From Yuukianura sp. NJ FZ-2021 (Eukaryota): 64,000 bases of DNA. The position numbers and the translations under genes are program-made. Below are positions 62,766-64,000 of this stretch, piece after piece (position 1 is the first letter of the stretch; every line of letters begins with the position of its first letter). Below the pieces are notes generated by a model that saw only the letters and a program-made list of their open reading frames with translations, was not told the DNA's origin and did not search any database. The stretch is taken from assembly GCA_046563655.1 (NCBI GenBank), contig CM102284.1, forward strand, positions 1,984,001 to 2,048,000. Reading direction: 5' to 3'.

Positions 62766-64000
62766 ATGGGTGCTGCGGTAATACTGACCTTGGCTTTAGC
62801 TTTACATTCCTCAGCATCTATTGTTTCGTTTTCAACAAGTCTGGTACACGGATTTTGCAACTGTGACATTTTTGTCATTTTTGACCAGTCGGAACTCGGA
62901 GTAGTAGAATTTGAAAAAGTCGACCAAGTTCCTATGTCACTGTTACAATTTGACAAACAGGACAACTTTTACCGTAGCATCGATGGACTCTATCGTCATC
63001 GCTACTCTCGTCGACTTCCTTGCCATCTAATTCTTTTTCAATTTTATCCAACAAAACCAGCAACAGAAAAGCTGGAAAAGGCTCTAAATTGGATGGTCAC
63101 ATGCCAGGTCAATCCCCGAGTGCTTCAGCTATGCTTTTGTCGTCATTCGTTGTCACATTTCATATGGATTCATTCCGAAGTGGATAAGGAACTATTAATG
63201 AATTTAATGCATCCACAAATCTTTCACATGCTTACGTTTCGTACACATTACGAAGTGCGAATCTCAACGTCAAAGGTCATCACGCTGTATCTTACAATCC
63301 GAGGTCCCTGCGACACTGCAATGATGGTCCAATTTTCATCAGATTTGGTGCAAACTCGGTTGATCCGAAAGTTTCTGGAAGAATTCCATCGTGTTACGGC
63401 CCACTCCAACTGTTACGACGAAGTCGAATTTTTCGGAACATTTAATGGATTCCGGAAGAGAGGATCCCAGTTTGGTCCACCGATGGATCAGTTTCTGCTA
63501 GACAATATTTTACCTAATGGAAATCACACTGATGATGCTGGAATGGCTCCATTTTCAAAATATATTTCAAAATTGATTAGGTTCAAGAGAAGCCCAGAGG
63601 AAGCCTTGGCACTACAGGAGAATGGAAATCTTATGACGACTCGCGTAAAAGCAGCCCACCCTACTACGGATGCTGTGTATTGGTGCGATGAAACAAAGTA
63701 CTTTGTTGTTATTGCAGATGTCGAATTTAACTTTTTATCTTGCGACAACAGTGAGTCTACCTCCTACTTGTCGTTTAAAGCCTACACAAAACCATTTGAC
63801 ACCAAAATTTGGATTTGCACACTCGCAGCTTGCTTGCTAATTACTCCAATTGTCAAGCTTTGGTTCATGTTCAAAAAGGAGCCACATTCTGCATGGCTCT
63901 TCGCGCCAATCATAATTTTTGAACAGGAACTCATCGTTTCTGGAAAAGTTAAAGGAAGCGGATTTTTCAAAATTTTTGTTGCTATAACTCTTGCTATATG
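62766..64000 (+). CDS. Divergent IR-like protein, 5' part (runs off the window)
   Basis: Manual translation: open from MGAAVILTLALALHSSA to the window end, including FNFLSCD...FKAYTKPFDTKIWICTLAACLLI (S1-M1 junction). Missing from the ORF track, probably because no stop lies within the window. Confidence 0.7.
   Translation, partial: MGAAVILTLALALHSSASIVSFSTSLVHGFCNCDIFVIFDQSELGVVEFEKVDQVPMSLLQFDKQDNFYRSIDGLYRHRYSRRLPCHLILFQFYPTKPATEKLEKALNWMVTCQVNPRVLQLCFCRHSLSHFIWIHSEVDKELLMNLMHPQIFHMLTFRTHYEVRISTSKVITLYLTIRGPCDTAMMVQFSSDLVQTRLIRKFLEEFHRVTAHSNCYDEVEFFGTFNGFRKRGSQFGPPMDQFLLDNILPNGNHTDDAGMAPFSKYISKLIRFKRSPEEALALQENGNLMTTRVKAAHPTTDAVYWCDETKYFVVIADVEFNFLSCDNSESTSYLSFKAYTKPFDTKIWICTLAACLLITPIVKLWFMFKKEPHSAWLFAPIIIFEQELIVSGKVKGSGFFKIFVAITLAI

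Overview
Intron-rich, AT-rich eukaryotic (arthropod) DNA. The gene content (divergent gustatory- and ionotropic-receptor-like genes, a PVR-like kinase, a bacterial-type UGT, a GH19 chitinase) suggests a springtail (Collembola) such as Folsomia, which is an inference. From left to right: a GR-like chemoreceptor followed directly by a young 5.4-kb LTR element (matching 568-bp LTRs, CCAT target duplication, tRNA-Gly-like PBS) with a CCHC gag-like ORF and Pro-rich ORFs but no recognisable pol; a secreted 16-aa tandem-repeat protein; a second GR-like gene; a tandem array of six NPC2/ML-domain genes (one with a nonsense codon) plus a remnant; a membrane-anchored GH16 beta-1,3-glucanase; a PVR/VEGFR-like RTK; a soluble GT1 glycosyltransferase; two tandem divergent IRs plus the scar of a deleted third copy; a basigin-like Ig protein; a CBM14-linker-GH19 chitinase-like gene; an SLC22 transporter; head-to-head DDX28 and ALKBH6; a third GR-like gene; a ~1440-aa internally repeated LRR-like protein; and the 5' part of another IR. 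MITEs and 11-bp minisatellites are interspersed. Exon boundaries and alignments were read by eye; no database searches were run.
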